A stretch of 64,000 nt of DNA from Mobula hypostoma (lineage: Eukaryota). Shown one piece after another: positions 48,863 to 63,372 of this stretch. The DNA lies in NCBI RefSeq assembly GCF_963921235.1, contig NC_086097.1, positions 136,154,001 through 136,218,000 of the forward strand, given 5' to 3'. The notes under the pieces are model-generated. The model searched no databases. It worked only from the letters and a program-made list of their open reading frames with translations, and was not told where the DNA came from. The first letter of the stretch is position 1. Each line of letters opens with the position of its first letter. A program made the position numbers and the translations under genes.

Positions 48863-51800
48863 AATCTCGGGATTACTGCCTGTGCCACGCGACAGTGAGT
48901 GTAGGAATGCGATGAGGTGGAGGATAAATGCGTGGCTGAGGGATTGGAGCAGGAGGCAGGGATTCAAGTTTTTGGATCATTGGGACCTCTTTTGGCGCAG
49001 GCGTGACCTGTACAGAAAGGACGGGTTACACTTGAATCCTAGGGGGACCAATATCCTGGCAGGGAGGGCTACTGAGGTTACTTTAAACTAGAATGGTTGG
49101 GGGGTGGGAATCAAATTAACGAGGCTAGGCGAGAGGAGGTTAGTTCACAACAGGGGGATGGGAACCAGTGCAGAAAGACAGAGGGGTGTAAAGTGAGGGT
49201 AGAAGCAAAAAGTAGTAAGGAGAAAAGTAAAAGTGGCAGGCCGACAAATCCAGGGCAAGCATCAAAAAGGGCCACTTTTCAACATAATTGTATAAGGGCT
49301 AAGAGAGTTGTAAAAGAGCGCCTGAAGGCTTTGTGTGTCAATGCAAGGAGCATTCATAACAAGGTGGATGAATTGAAAGTGCAGATTGTTATTAATGAAT
49401 ATGATATAGTTGGGATCACACAGACATGGCTCCAGGGTGACCAAGGATGGGAGCTCAACGTTCAGGGATATTCAATATTCAGGAGGGAGAGACATGAAAG
49501 AAAAGGAGGTGGGGTGGCGTTGCTGGTTAAAGATGAGATTAACGCAATAGAAAGGAAGGACACAAGCCGGGAAGATGTGGAATCGATATGGGTAGAGCTG
49601 CATAACACTAAGGGGCAGAAAACGCTGGTGGGAGTTGTATACAGGCCACCTAACAGTAGTAGTGAGGTCGGAGATGGTATTAAACAGGAAATTAGAAATG
49701 TGTGCAATAAAGGAACAGCAGTTATAATGGGTGACTTCAATCTACATGTAGATTGGGTGAACCAAATTGGTAAAGGTGCTGAGGAAGAGGATTTCTTGGA
49801 ATGTATGCGGGATGGTTTTTTGAACCAACATGTCGAGGAACCAACTAGAGAGCAGGCTATTCTGGACTGGGTTTTGAGCAATGAGGAAGGGTTAATTAGC
49901 AATCTTGTCATGAGAGGCCCCTTGGGTAAGAGTGACCATAATATGGTGGAATTCTTCATTAAGATGGAGAGTGACATAGTTAATTCAGAAACAAAGGTTC
50001 TGAACTTAAAGAAGGGTAACTTTGAAGGTATGAGACGTCAATTAGTTAAGATAGACTGGCAAATGACACTTAAAGGATTGACGGTGGATATTCAATGGCA
50101 AGCATTTAAAGATTGCATGGATGAACTACAACAATTGTTCATCCCAGTTTGGCAAAAGAATAAATCAAGGAAGGTAGTGCACCCGTGGCTGACAAGAGAA
50201 ATTAGGGATAGTATCAATTCCAAAGAAGAAGCATACAAATTAGCCAGAAAAAGTGGCTCACCTGAGGATTGGGAGAAATTCAGAGTTCAGCAGAGGAGGA
50301 CAAAGGGCTTAATTAGGAAGGGGGAAAAAGATTATGAGAGAAAACTGGCAGGGAACATAAAAACTGACTGTAAAAGCTTTTATAGACATGTAAAAAGGAA
50401 AAGACTGGTAAAGACAAATGTAGGTCCCCTGCAGACAGAAACAGGTGAATTGATTATGGGGAGCAAGGACATGGCAGACCAATTGAATAAGTACTTTGGT
50501 TCTGTCTTCACTAAGGAGGACATAAATAATCTTCCAGAAATAGTAGGGGACAGAGGGTCCAGTGAGATGGAGGAACTGAGTGAAATACATGTTAGTAGGG
50601 AAGTGGTGTTAGGTAAATTGAAGGGATTAAAGGCAGATAAATTCCCAGGGTCAGATGGTCTGCATCCCAGAGTGCTTAAGGAAGTAGCCCAAGAAATAGT
50701 GGATGCATTAGTGATAATTTTTCAAAACTCGTTAGATTCTGGACTAGTTCCTGAGGATTGGAGGGTGGCTAATGTAACCCCACTTTTTAAAAAAGGAGGG
50801 AGAGAGAAACTGGGGAATTATAGACTGGTTAGCCTAACGTCGGTGGTGGGGAAACTGCTGGAGTCAGTTATCAAGGATGTGATAACAGCACATTTGGAAA
50901 GCAGTGAAATCATCGGACAAAGTCAGCATGGATTTGTGAAAGGAAAATCATGTCTGACGAATCTCATAGAATTTTTTGAGGATGTAGCTGGTAGAGTGGA
51001 TAGGGGAGAACCAGTGGATGTGGTAGATTTGGATTTTCAAAAGGCTTTTGACAAGGTCCCACACAGGAGATTAGTGTGCAAACTTAAAGCACATGGTATT
51101 GGGGGTAGGGTATTGATGTGGATAGAGAATTGGTAAGCAGACAGGAAGCAAAGAGTGGGAATAAACGGGACCTTTTCAGAATGGCAGGCAGTGACTAGTG
51201 GGGTACCGCAAGGCTCAGTGCTGGGACCCCAGTTGTTTACAATATATATTAATGACTTGGATGAGGGAATTAAATGCAGCATCTCCAAGTTTGCGGATGA
51301 CACGAAGCTGGGCGGCAGTGTTAGCTGTGAGGAGGATGCTAAGAGGATGCAGGGTGACTTGGATAGGTTGGGTGAGTGGGCAAACTCATGGCAGATGCAA
51401 TTTAATGTGGATAAATGTGAAGTTATCCACTTTGGTGGCAAAAATAGGAAAACAGATTATTATCTGAATGGTGGCCGATTAGGAAAAGGGGAGGTGCAAC
51501 GAGACCTGGGTGTCATTATACACCAGTCATTGAAAGTGGGCATGCAGGTATAGCAGGCGGTGAAAAAGGCGAATGGTATGCTGGCACTTATAGCGAGAGG
51601 ATTTAGTACAGGAGCAGGGAGGTACTACTGCAGTTGTACAAGGCCTTGGTGAGACCACACCTGGAGTATTGTGTGCAGTTTTGGTCCCCTAATCTGAGGA
51701 AAGACATCCTTGCCGTAGAGGGAGTACAAAGAAGGTTCACCAGATTGATTCCTGGGATGGCAGGACTTTCATATGAAGAAAGACTGGATGAACTAGGCTT

Positions 51801-52227
51801 GTACTCGTTGGAATTTAGAAGATTGAGGGGGGATCTGATTGAAACATATAAAATCCTAAAGGGATTGGACAGGCTAGATGCAGGAAGATTGTTCCCGATG
51901 TTGGGGAAGTCCAGAATGAGGGGTCACAGTTTGAGGATAAAGGGGAAGCCTTTTAGGACTGAGATTAGGAAAAACTTCTTCACACAGAGAGTGGTGAATC
52001 TGTGGAATTCTCTGCCACAGGAAACAGTTGAGGCCAGTTCATTGGCTATATTTAAGAGGGAGTTAGATATGGCCCTTGTGGCTACGGGGATCAGGGGGTA
52101 TGGAGGGAAGGCTGGTGCAGGGTTCTGAGTTGGATGATCAGCCATGATCATAATAAATGGCGGTGCAGGCTCAAAGGGCTGAATGGCCTACTCCTGCACC
52201 TATTTTCTATGTTTCTATGTTTCTATG
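48863..52227 (+). mobile_element. CR1 LINE, 5'-truncated within ORF1 (esterase-like), with near-complete but disabled ORF2
   Basis: ORF1 end DGLHLNPRG. APE motifs NARSI, GITQTW, GDFN, SDH. RT motifs LDFQKAFDKVPH, PQGSVLGP, FADD. Stops at 51134 and 51551, frameshift near 51605, (TTTCTATG)n tail. Confidence 0.95.
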
Positions 52228-52686
52228 TAACACAGTTCCGTTGGCTTAAGTTTAAAACTTTCAAATTCCAAAGTTTCAATTGAATGAACTGCCTCTGTAA
52301 CACAGAGACAGTTCATTGTAAGCAGGTCAAGGCTTTGCTGGTTTGGGCTGTAATTAAATTGTTCCTTCCTTGCCAATACATAGGCATATACTTAAAGATT
52401 TCCATATAACCCAATGGTGTTTCGACTGTTTGTGACATCTGGTTTTCAGAATGTAGCCTGTGTATCAGGCTCTGTGGTGGTCCCAGTTCTGTGATGAGTA
52501 GACTCTGCAGAGCTGAAATATTACTCAGCATTGATAAAGTCCAGCTGGATTAGAGTACATCATCTCTGTGATGGAAACTTCAGACTTTGGCAAGTCTCCC
52601 AGGCCACAATAAAAAATAAATGAAAGTGCTTTTTACAAATATTAAGAAAACTCCCATCTCACCAGCTATAACTAAATGAGACTGAT

Positions 52687-52710
52687 GCGTGTGTGGTGTG
52701 TGTGCGTGTG

Positions 52711-52760
<50 letters not shown>

Positions 52761-52851
52761 TGTATATGTGTAGTGTGTGCATGTGTGTGTGCGTAGTGTG
52801 TGCGCGCGTGTTTGTGTGTGTACAGTGTGTGTATGTGTAGTGTAGTGTGTT

Positions 52852-52885
<34 letters not shown>

Positions 52886-52915
52886 CTGTGTGCGCGCGTG
52901 CGTGCGTGCATGTGC
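52687..52915. repeat. Imperfect (TG)n tract
   Basis: Directly visible. Confidence 0.95.
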
Positions 52916-53066
52916 GTACATTACTTCAGTCAGAATAAAATCTGTTATATGCTGGTAAGATAGAGAAACACAGACTTTGGAGAGAATTCTTTTATTTCCA
53001 TGCTTTGAATAACTAATTTCTGAACAATTGTTGGAAATGATAATTGCACATTCTTTGTGGAAAGTG

Positions 53067-53624
53067 CACTCTGTGGCCACTTTCTTAAGTATACCTGTAC
53101 ACCTGCTCGTTAATGCAAATATCTAATCAGCCAGTCATGTGACAGCAGCTCAATACATAAAATCATGCGGACATGGTCAAGAGATTCAGATGTTGTTCAG
53201 ACCAAACATCAGAATAGGGAACATCTAAGTGACTTTGACCATGGAATGATTGTTGGTGCCAGACAGGTTGGTTTGAGTATCTCAGAAACTGCTGATCTCC
53301 TGGGATTTTCACACATAACAATCTCTAAAGTTTACAGAGAATGGTTCGAGAAGCAAAAAGCATCCAGTGAGTGGTAGTTCTGTGGGTGAAAATGCCTTGT
53401 TAATGAGAGAGGTCAGAAGAGAATGCTCAGACTGGTTCAAGCTAACAGGAAAGTGATAGTAACTCAAATAACTTTGTGTCACAACAGTGGTGTGCAGAAG
53501 ACCGTCTCTGAATGCACAACACACCAAACCTTGGGATGGGCTACAGCAGCAGAAGACCATGAACATTTACTCCGGGGTCACTTCATTAGTTAATTCCTGT
53601 ATCTATTAAAGTGATCACTGAGTG
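53067..53624 (+). mobile_element. Internally deleted Tc1-like DNA transposon
   Basis: ORF 53165-53377 LSDFDHGMIVGARQVGLSISETADLLGFSHITISKVYREW (Tc1 HTH). TIRs CACTCTGTGGCCACTTT and AAAGTGATCACTGAGTG, followed by TA. Confidence 0.8.
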
Positions 53625-55344
53625 TATGTGACAATAGCAACAGAGCTGAAAGAAAATAGACTGCAGGATATGAAAGCTTACATACTACTTGTCTTATGCA
53701 CTGAAGATAGTACTCCATAATGTGAGCAGATGCTTTATACCAGCTGAGGTCCCCATGACAACTCTTACAGTATAAAAAGTCCTTTACATAGAAACATGCC
53801 CTTTGGCCACCGTGTCCATGGTACCAAACCATACTAATCGCACTTACCAGCAAGCAGTTGATTCAAAGCCTTCTCTGTCTTGGTAATTCTACTGTTCATC
53901 GAGAATCTGATTTATTGTCACTGACTTATATGACATAAAATGTATTGTTTTGTGGCAGCAGTATAGTGCAAAGATATGACAATTATAAATTTCAAAATAC
54001 ACTTTTGCAAAAATTGAATAACGAGGTAGTGTTCATTGGTACAGAACATGGTTCATTTTGAAATCTGATGGTGTATGGGAATAAAACTGTTTCTGAATCG
54101 TATACTTCTTCCAGCTCCTATACCTCCTTCCAGGTGCTAGTATCAAAAAGAGGGTATATCCAGGTACTTGATAAACATTGTGAAAGTCTTTGCCTCCACT
54201 ACCTTCTTGAGCAGTGTGCTTCAGGTTCCAACCAGCCTCTGAGAGAAAGAAATTCCTTCTTAAGAGCTCTCTAACCCTTTTCCCATCACCTTAAACCTAT
54301 TCCTTCTCATTTTAGATACCTCTGCAACGAAAATTCCTTCGAGAAGGAATTTCTTTAGCCAGGAGGTGGTGAATCTGTGGTATTCATTACCACAGATGAT
54401 TGTGGACGCCAAGTCATTGTGTATATTTAAGGCGGAGGTGAATAGGTCCTTGATTAGTACGGGCATCAAAGGTTATGGGGAGAAGGCAGGAGAATGGGGT
54501 TGAGAGGCATAATAAATCAGACATGATAGGATGGCAGAGGAATGGAATGGGCCAAATGGCCTAATTCTGCTCCATGTCTTATGGTCCTCTGGCAACGTCT
54601 TCTCTCATCTATTGCCCTTCATAGTTTTGAATATCCCCTCTCCCTCTTCTGCTCCCAGGAAAACAAACTGTCTATCAGTCTCTCCTCACAACAAAAAGCT
54701 TCTGATCTCTGAACTGTACCTGGGAAATAACCAGGTTGTTCCTGACTATTGATTAAAATCTCAAAAAAAAAAGATTGAGAAAAATTGAAAGAATTGAAAA
54801 AAAAGCCAATTTGGGAGGAAAGGTGGAATCCACAAGATGGGTCTAGGTGGACCAGGCCAACACAGATTAGATGGCATGAAGGGCCTATTTCTCTGATTTA
54901 GAGCTCTTTGCAGTTTTTTTTAGACCACCCCTCACATCATTTTTCTTATGCATGTGTGAGAAGGGTTTTGTAATGTGGAATTTTGTACCTTGGATTCATT
55001 AACCAGATGGAAGAATTGGTAACGACCAAAGGTAACATGTGAAGTGGGGCAGATGTTTCTTCAAACTGAGCTAATAATTCTTTCTGAAAAACAAAAACAA
55101 AAACTACAGATACTGAAGAACAGCATCGATTCATCAGTTCAGGCAGGATCTGCAGCAACAGAAACAAAATTAACTCTTCAGACTCGCAATCTTTCATCAA
55201 ATCTTCTGAAATGACTGGAGACACCGATGTTTTCTCTCTGCAGATGCCTGACCCTTTGAGGGTTTCCAGCATTTTCAATGTTTAATCCTGATTGTCTCTC
55301 TACCTATATCTGTAATCTACTTTACTCCCAGCTTTCCAGGATCT

Positions 55345-55925
55345 CAAAATCAAGCTTAAGTTTATTATCATCTGACTGTGCATATACACAACCAAATGAA
55401 ACAAAGTTCCTCGGGACCCCAGAGTACCCACAATACATATATCACACACAGCATAGAAAGCAAAATATTACCACAAATATCATTGAAATATAGTTCAAAA
55501 TGCATGTGAAATGCATAGCACAGGTAAGCTGTAAACAGTGAAAAGCTTGTTGCCCTCGTGACGAGACCTTGGTGGTGGCAGGTTTTTGAGATCTGATGCC
55601 TTGCAGCTTCCGTACCACACAATGATGCACCCAGACAGAACAGGCTTGATGGTGCTCCTGTAGAGAGTTGTTAGAATGGGGGGGGGGGGACCCTTGCAGG
55701 CCTCAATTTCCACCAAAAGTAGAGATACTGCTGTGCCTTCTCACCTAATGAGGAGGTGCTGTGGGTCCAGGTTTGTTTGTCTGTTATATGCACACTAATG
55801 AACTTCGTGCTCTTCACTCTGTCCACGGCAGAGTCATTGATATGCAATGGAGAGTGGTCAATCTGTGCCTTCCTGAAGTCCACAATCATCTTTTTTGTCT
55901 TGTCTACGTGAGACTCGATTGTTGT
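55345..55925 (-). mobile_element. Rex1/Babar-type LINE fragment
   Basis: ORFs 55671-55934 (KTKKMIVDFRK...KAQQYLYF) and 55495-55716 (LSGCIIVWYGSC). Confidence 0.75.
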
Positions 55926-56502
55926 TCTCTGCACTCCAACAATCCCTGGAATTTTATTTTCCCTTCACTGACAGGGGTCCTTTCCACAGTCTGGGTCCTA
56001 TGCTCTGTTATTACTAAAGGAGAACACAGCTTAAGGACCTTTCTTAAAAGCCCCCTCTTTTTGGCGAGGTTGGCCATAAATTTGATCTGATTGTACCTGG
56101 TGGTCCAGCAGTGCAGCAGTTAGTGCGGCTGCCTCAAAGCTCTAGCAGGTCAGTTTCAATCCTGACCCTGGACACTGTCTCCGCAGCGTTTGCAAATTCT
56201 CCCATAAGGCCATAAGATATAGGAGCAGAATCAGCCCATCAAATCTGTTCTACCATTTGTTCATTTCTGCTTATTTTTATATCAACCCCATTCTTCTGCT
56301 TTCTCCCCATAACCCTTAACCACCTCATCAATCAAGAAGCAATGAATCTCTGCTGGGTGGTGATAGGTGGAAAAGTTAAATGGCTGAAGAAGAAGGGATA
56401 TGATAGGAGAGGACAGTGGACCATGGAACAAAAATGTAAGGAGGAGGGGAACCAAAAGGAGGTGCTGGGCTGGTGAGGAGAAGATAAAGGTGAGAGGGTA
56501 AC

Positions 56503-57522
56503 TACTTTACTTTATACTTTATTGTCGCCAAACAATTGATACTAGAATGTACAATCATCACAGCAATATTTGATTCTGCGCTTCCCACTCCCTGGATTAC
56601 AAATCAATAGTAAATATTAAAAATTTAAATTATAAATCATAAATAGAAAATAGAAAAATGGAAAGTAAGGTGGTGCAAAAAAACTGAGAGGCAGGTCCGG
56701 ATATTTGGAGGGTACGGCCCAGATCCAGGTCAGGATCCGTTCAGCAGTCTTATCACAGTTGGAAAGAAGCTGTTCCCAAATCTGGCCGTACGAGTCTTCA
56801 AGCTCCTGAGCCTTCTCCCGGAGGGAAGAGGGACGGAAAGTGTGTTGGCTGGGTGGGTCGTGTCCTTGATTATCCTGGCAGCACTGCTCCGACAGCATGC
56901 GGTGTAAAGTGAGTCCAAGGATGCAAGATTGGTTTGTGTGATGTGCTGCGCCGTGTTCACGATCTTCTGCAGCTTCTTCCTGTCTATACCAGGTTGTGAT
57001 GCACCCGAGAAGAATGCTTTCTACTGTGCATCTATAAAAAGGGTGAGAGTTTTAGGGGACAGGCCAAATTTCTTTCGTTTTCTCAGGAAGTAAAGGCACT
57101 GGTGGGCCTTCTTGGCAGTGGACTCTGCTTGGTTGGACCAAGTCAGGTTATTTGTGATATTGACCCCGAGGAACTTAAAGCTTTTGACCTGTTCCATGCG
57201 CACCACCGATGTAAATTGGGTCGTGTGGTCCGCTACTCCTTCTGAAGTCAACAACCAATTCCTTCGTCTTGCTGACGTTGAGGGATAGGTTATTGTCTTC
57301 GTACCATGCCACCAGGTTCTTAATTTCCTCTCTGTACGCAAACTCATCTTTACCTGAGATACAGCTTACAATTGTTGTGCCATCAGCAAACCTATATATT
57401 GGGTTTGATGGAAACTTGGCTCACAATCATGGGTGTACAGTGAGTACAGCAGGGGGCTGAGTACATAGCCTTGTGGGGCACCGGTGCTCAGAGTGATTGT
57501 AGAGGAGAGCTTGTCCCCTATT
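56503..57522 (-). mobile_element. Rex1/Babar-type LINE inserted into a Penelope-like fragment
   Basis: ORFs 57021-57347 and 56730-56960 (LPSGRRLRSLKTRTARFGNSFFP), ACTTT-type tail. The flanks 56355-56500 and 57525-57790 are contiguous PLE sequence. Confidence 0.8.
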
Positions 57523-57799
57523 TTAGAATGGGGAATAGGAAAAGAGGGAAGGAGGGAGGGGGAGAAATTAGTGGAAGTTAGAAAAATCGAATTTACTGCA
57601 ATCAGGCTGCGAGGCAGTGCTGGCAGAATATGAGGTGCTGCTCGTACCTGAATTTGTCCACATCGTGGTATTAGAGGAGGCCATGGACAGACATGTCAGA
57701 ATGGGAACGGAAAGTCAAACTGAAATCGGTAGCCACTGGGAGATCCTGCCTTTTTGGCAGACAAAGGTGCTTGGCAAAGCAGTGCCCCAATCTTCCCTG

Positions 57800-58100
57800 G
57801 TTCATCTCCAATTAGATTCCTTCTTCTTCAACCCTTTACCTCTTCCACCTATCCTCTCCAAGTTTCTTACTTCATAACCAGTGGCCCCCCACCCCCAACC
57901 CATCCGCCTTCCCCCTCACCTGGTCTCACCTATCATCTGCCAGCTTATACTCCTTCCACTCCTGCCAAATTCATATTCTGCCTTTCCCCTCTTCTTTCCA
58001 GTCCTGATGAAGGGTCTCGGCACAAAACACCGACTGTTTATTCCTCTCCATAGATGCTGCCTGACTTGCTGAGTTCTTTCAGCACTTTGTGTGGTTTGCT
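57800..58100 (+). mobile_element. Penelope-like 3' end with decayed hammerhead motif
   Basis: CAGTC-CTGATGA-AGGGTCTCGGCAC-AAAA-CACC-GACTG at 57999-58036, followed by the family terminus. Confidence 0.7.
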
Positions 58101-59959
58101 CACTGAAAAACTTGCTTGCACCAGCACCATCGGCACATGGCATAATACAAGCAGCACTCACAATAAAAAATAAATAAGCAGTAAATTATACACAATTTGT
58201 TACAAGATGAAGTACATTTACAACAAAAAAGCCCATTTTAGTGCAAAGTGATCGAAGCGGTTATCGTGTTACTAAACTGCGTGGTTAGGGTTTGGATACT
58301 TGGTTTGAGAACTGAATGGTGACAGGGAAATAAGTGAGGGAATGGAATTGGAATTGGAAATGGTTCATTATTGTCACATGTGAATGCCTTAAGAGTCAGA
58401 ACAAACTATATGGATTGAATGTCCACTTTCTATGTCATAAGGAAAAACATGAAAAGGAAGAGAACTGCGACATTGTTTCTCTGTAATTAAGATGTTGTAG
58501 AGATACTCTGTCTGCCAGCTGTCAAACTTTCTTTCAGCATTCAAAACAACATTTGCGATAGCAGAGTTGGAGGCAGATAATTCAACCATGGGAGTGAATT
58601 TGTGCTCAGCAGCCAGAAAACACAAGTGTGGTGCAAGAGTGCCAACAACAGGGAGCCTCCCATCTCTGCTCTGTGAGTTGGCATGGCCATGTTGTAGCTC
58701 TGCCCTAAATGCAATCATCATGACCTTTCCTTTCTTTTCATCATGTTGGCTGAATACTCTGCTTTGGTAAACACTTGTTGGAACAAAAGCTCATATTCTT
58801 GTAATATCTCATATCACAAGACTCCAGATGGGACTTGGCATGTGAGATTTTTGCCTTCGTCGAGAAGGAATGAAGTCACTTGTTTAAAAATTCAGAGGAC
58901 CGCACATATACTTTTTGCTGGTTCCGGGGTCGTCCTACCTACCATCCTCCAAGATGGCTACGATCAATTTTAAATCAAAGAGAACTGGGAAAAGTTGGCA
59001 GCACAGTTGGTAACATATACATAATTTGATAATAAACTTACTTTAAACTTTGAACGACAATGTGGGAGCGCACTCACAAAAAGGACCGCGGTGGTTCAAG
59101 AGAGATCATTTTTATTTTCTCAAGGGCAATTAGAGATGGACAATAAATAATTTCTAAAAAATACTATGAGCTGCAAGGACCCCAGGAACAACCTCTCCAA
59201 TGCTGTGTCCAGGGAACCAGGTACAGCCACTGGGAAGTGGGATCAGGTCTTGGTTTAACATTCCAGTTGAGGGAAATCACAGTGGACGGGACAGCAGAGT
59301 TACATGGAGGCGTTCGCTAAATTCTGTGCTGAAGTGTCCAGAGCAGGGCTTGAACTTGCACTCTCTGACTCACAGGCAAGAGCTCTGTTGTCTGATTTAT
59401 CACCGACAGTTCCTTTTTTCCACTTCCACTCACACACTTGAAGTGAGGGTGGTAACAATTAGACTGAGGTTCCAAGTCTGCTCCATGTCACATGGTGTCG
59501 GCTGAATCTGGGTCCATGCTTGACAATAACTCAGGGTTGTGCATGAAGCCCATGGGATTCTCCTCACCCTCCCCCACCTTGGTCACTGGCATCGTAGGAT
59601 AGTCTTAAACAGAAGAGTAGAACTAAGGCTCTAAGGGAATCCATTTTCCCTAACCAGTGCAGTGCAAACATATAAAATTACTATACATTACAAAAATAAA
59701 GTAGTGCAAATCAAAAAGAAATAATGAGGTAGTGGTCATCGTTTCATGGACCTTTCAGAAATCTGACAATGAAGAAGTCAAAGGTGTTGAGTGTGGGCCT
59801 TCAGGCTCGTTTACCTCCTCCCTGATGGTTGTAATGAGAAGAGGGCGTGTCCCAAATGGAGAGGATCCTTAATGATGGCTGGTTTCATCTTGAGACACCA
59901 TCTCTCTAGATATCCTCAGTGGTGATGAGGGTTCTGCCCATAATGGAGTTCAAAATTCC

Positions 59960-60592
59960 AAGTTGAATTGAATTAAATTAACTTTATTACTTACATCCTT
60001 CATATACACTAGGAATACAAACTTTATGTTACGTCTCCATCTAAATGTGCAATGTACAATTTATAGTAATTTATAATAAATAGTATGTACAACAGGACAG
60101 TCCATATAACATAGAAATACAATTGTGTCAGCATGAATTAATCAGTCTGATGGCCTGGTGGAAGAAGCAGTCCTGGAGCCCGTTGGTCCTGGTTTTTATG
60201 CTGCAGTAACGTTTCCTGGATGGTAGCAGCTGGAACAGTTTGTGGTTGGGGTGACTCAGGTCCCCAATGATCCTTCGGGCCCTTTTTATACACCTGTCTT
60301 TGTAAATGTCCTGAATCATGGGAAGTTCACATCTACAAATGCGCTGGGCTGTCCACACCACTCTCTGCAGAGTCCTGCGATTGTGAAAAGTACAGTTCCC
60401 ATACCAGGCAGTGATACAGCCAGTCAGGATGCTCTCAATTGTGCCCCTGTAGAAAGTTCTTAGGATTTGGGGGCCCTTCCAAACTTCCTCAACCATCTGA
60501 GGTGAAAGAGGCGCTGTTGTGCCTTTTTCACTACACAGCTGGTATGAACAGACCACGTGAGGTACTCGGTGATGTGAAAGCTGAGGAACTTA
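59960..60592 (-). mobile_element. Rex1/Babar-type LINE 3' fragment
   Basis: ORF 60128-60556 FYRGTIESILTGCITAWYGNC...LQRVV...HPNHKLFQLLPS. Confidence 0.85.
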
Positions 60593-60774
60593 AATTTATT
60601 ATCAAAGTATATACAGTACATGTCTCTACATACAACACTGAGATTCATTTTCTTGTGGGCATTCACAGAAATTGCAAGAAACACAATAGAATCAATGAAA
60701 GACCACACTCAACATTATGGACAAACCATTAATGTGCAAAAGACAACAAACTTTGCAAATAGAAAAAGAAAAAC

Positions 60775-60819
<45 letters not shown>
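60775..60819. repeat. (AAT)n microsatellite, about 15 units
   Basis: Directly visible. Confidence 0.95.
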
Positions 60820-60821
<2 letters not shown>

Positions 60822-63372
60822 GCTTCACAACCTGATGGTAATAGAAACAACACATTTACAGAGTCTCCACAGAAAGCTGATGATGAACCTGAGCTTACAG
60901 ACAAAATTATCCTAACATTCAACATCACACTAACAGAATACATGGGCACTGACACAACAAAAAGACTCTACTTACCAAAACAAAACGCATAATCAAAATT
61001 TGCAAAAATTGCTAAAACTCTGAACAATATTATATTTCCACAATATTTAGGAAAACTTGAAACATTTGAAGAACTACACAAAATAACACACTGCATGGCA
61101 TTAACTACAGTGTGGTGCAATGGCTCCGAAATAGAGGCACTCATTAATAGAAACCGAAAACTGAATAATGAACTGAGAACACCAAAATGACAGACGAGAT
61201 TAAGAAAGAAAATTGAAACCTTAAGAACAGAAATAGCCCAGCTAAAGGTATATAAAATGGATAACCCGAACAAGAGAGATAAGAGCGAAGAAGAAAGCTA
61301 GATTAGGGAGGGAAAAGAACACACACAAGCAAACTCCTGAAATTATAATGGGTATGCTAAAAGCAGTTATAAAAAATACCCACAACTTCATCCATTCCTA
61401 TTAATACATATCAACAATTTTCTTAAAAATCTTGAAAAAGTGCTCAAGTGTTTGACAGAATGTAAAACACATCTCTTACCTGAAAGAGAAATCACAAATG
61501 AATAATCAAAATATTGTCCTATTACTCGTTTACAAACTATATATCAAATTGAAACATCATGCATCTCGCAACTAATTACCACTCACTTAGGTAACCACAA
61601 TATACTTACAGAAGAGCAGAAAGGATACCGTGAGGGTATGAAAGGATGTAAAGAACAACTGATAATAGATTCCATAATTCTAAATCAAGCCTGGCAGAAA
61701 AGCAGAAATCTTTCATGTTTTTATATTGACTACCAAAAAATATTTGATTCTGTCCCACACTTACGGCAATAGAACTTCTTAATATATATGAACTACATGT
61801 AATACTTGTGAAATTCCTAAAACAACTGATGAAGCATTGGCATGCTATAATCACATATCTATTAACGACAAAAGAGAACAACCACTGTTATCGAAATAAA
61901 CTGAGACATTTTTCAGGGTGACTCTCTAATCCCATTGTGGCTCTGTCTAGCTTTAAACCCACTCTTTAATTTACTGAACTGAACAAAAATAGGGTATCAA
62001 ATCAGAAACATCCAAACAAATTAAACCTGATGCACCTTCTATACATGTATGATGTGAAATTATATGCATCTTCAACAATAAAGCTAAAGCAATTATTTTA
62101 AATAGTAGGACTATTTTCTTAAGATATAAACATGAACTTTGGTCTGGATAGGTGTAGACCATTAAACATAAAGAAAAGTGCAAGAGAGCTAGCAGAATAC
62201 AAAACAGAGCAGCAGGATACCATACAACCGATGGATGAAAATGAAATATGTAAGTATTTGGGATATCAGCAAGCAAAGAAAACAGATCATAATGTGATAT
62301 AGGGAAAACTTTTGTCAGAATTTACTTCAAGGCTTAAGAAAATCTGTCAAACAGAGTTCAATGCTAAAAATATAACAAAGGCAATAAATTCTTTTGCTGT
62401 ACCCATATTAACGTATTCTTTTTGTGATGATATCTTGGTCCAAAACTGATCTGGAAAATTTGTAAAGAAAAATAAAAATTGAAATTACAAATTTTAGAAA
62501 GCACTCTGCGCACTCGTACTCACTTTGATTAACTCTACCTAGAACAGAAGGAGGAAGAGGAATAACAGACAAAAAAAAACATATCAGTCAAATAAAACTT
62601 CTAAAGAGACGGACTGCTTTGTCAAGCAGCTCTTCACTAAACGCCATAAGTAGGACTTCTCGGTGGCCAAATATTTTAATTCCATTCCCATTTCTGTTGC
62701 AACATGTTGATCCATGGCCTCCTTTTGTGCTAAGTTAAGGCCACCTTCAGGGTGGAGGAGCAACACCTTATATTCTGGCCATGAGAAGCCAGAAACAATC
62801 CGCCACATTACAGGATCCTGCAGCAGTTTAATTCAATCTGACTACTTACTCAGACACAATCAAATGGCAAACATCATTCACCAAAATCTTGTTTTAAAGT
62901 ACAAACTCATAGACGCCATACTTTACTATAAATACAAGTCTGATCCAGTTTTAGAGTCCGACTCCTACAAATTATATTATGACTGATCCATAATTACAGA
63001 TAGGACAATCCATAATAACTGTCCGGATATAATATTACAGGATAAACTAGCAAGAACAGCTTAATAGATATGGATATTCCTAACACACATGACATACAGC
63101 AATCAATAAGTGAAAACACCAGAAATATGTTGAATTAAAAGTGGAAATTGAAAGACTATGGAACATGAGCAGGGTATACATTGTCCCAAGACTGGTACCT
63201 ACAACTGGTATCATCCCAAAGTCACTACACAATAGCATTAAACAATATTTGTGTAAATCTTCAGAAAGCCACAATACTAAACACCACTAAAATAATCCAA
63301 AAATTCCTAGCGATTGAGAAATAAGTGTGTTTAGCTATGCCTGTACCTCAGGTTTTGCCAGCTTGAGCTGAG
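60820..63372 (+). mobile_element. Degenerate R4/Dong-like non-LTR retrotransposon (RT + restriction-like endonuclease)
   Basis: Hand translation gives EEQKG..GCKEQLIID, YIDYQKIFDSVPH, IFQGDSL.PLW, HLLYMYDVKLY, LPRTEGGRG, ETIRHITGSC...RHNQ, NNCPDII and QKYVELK..IERLW. Many stops and deletions. A PLE fragment is inserted at about 62607-62778. Confidence 0.75.
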
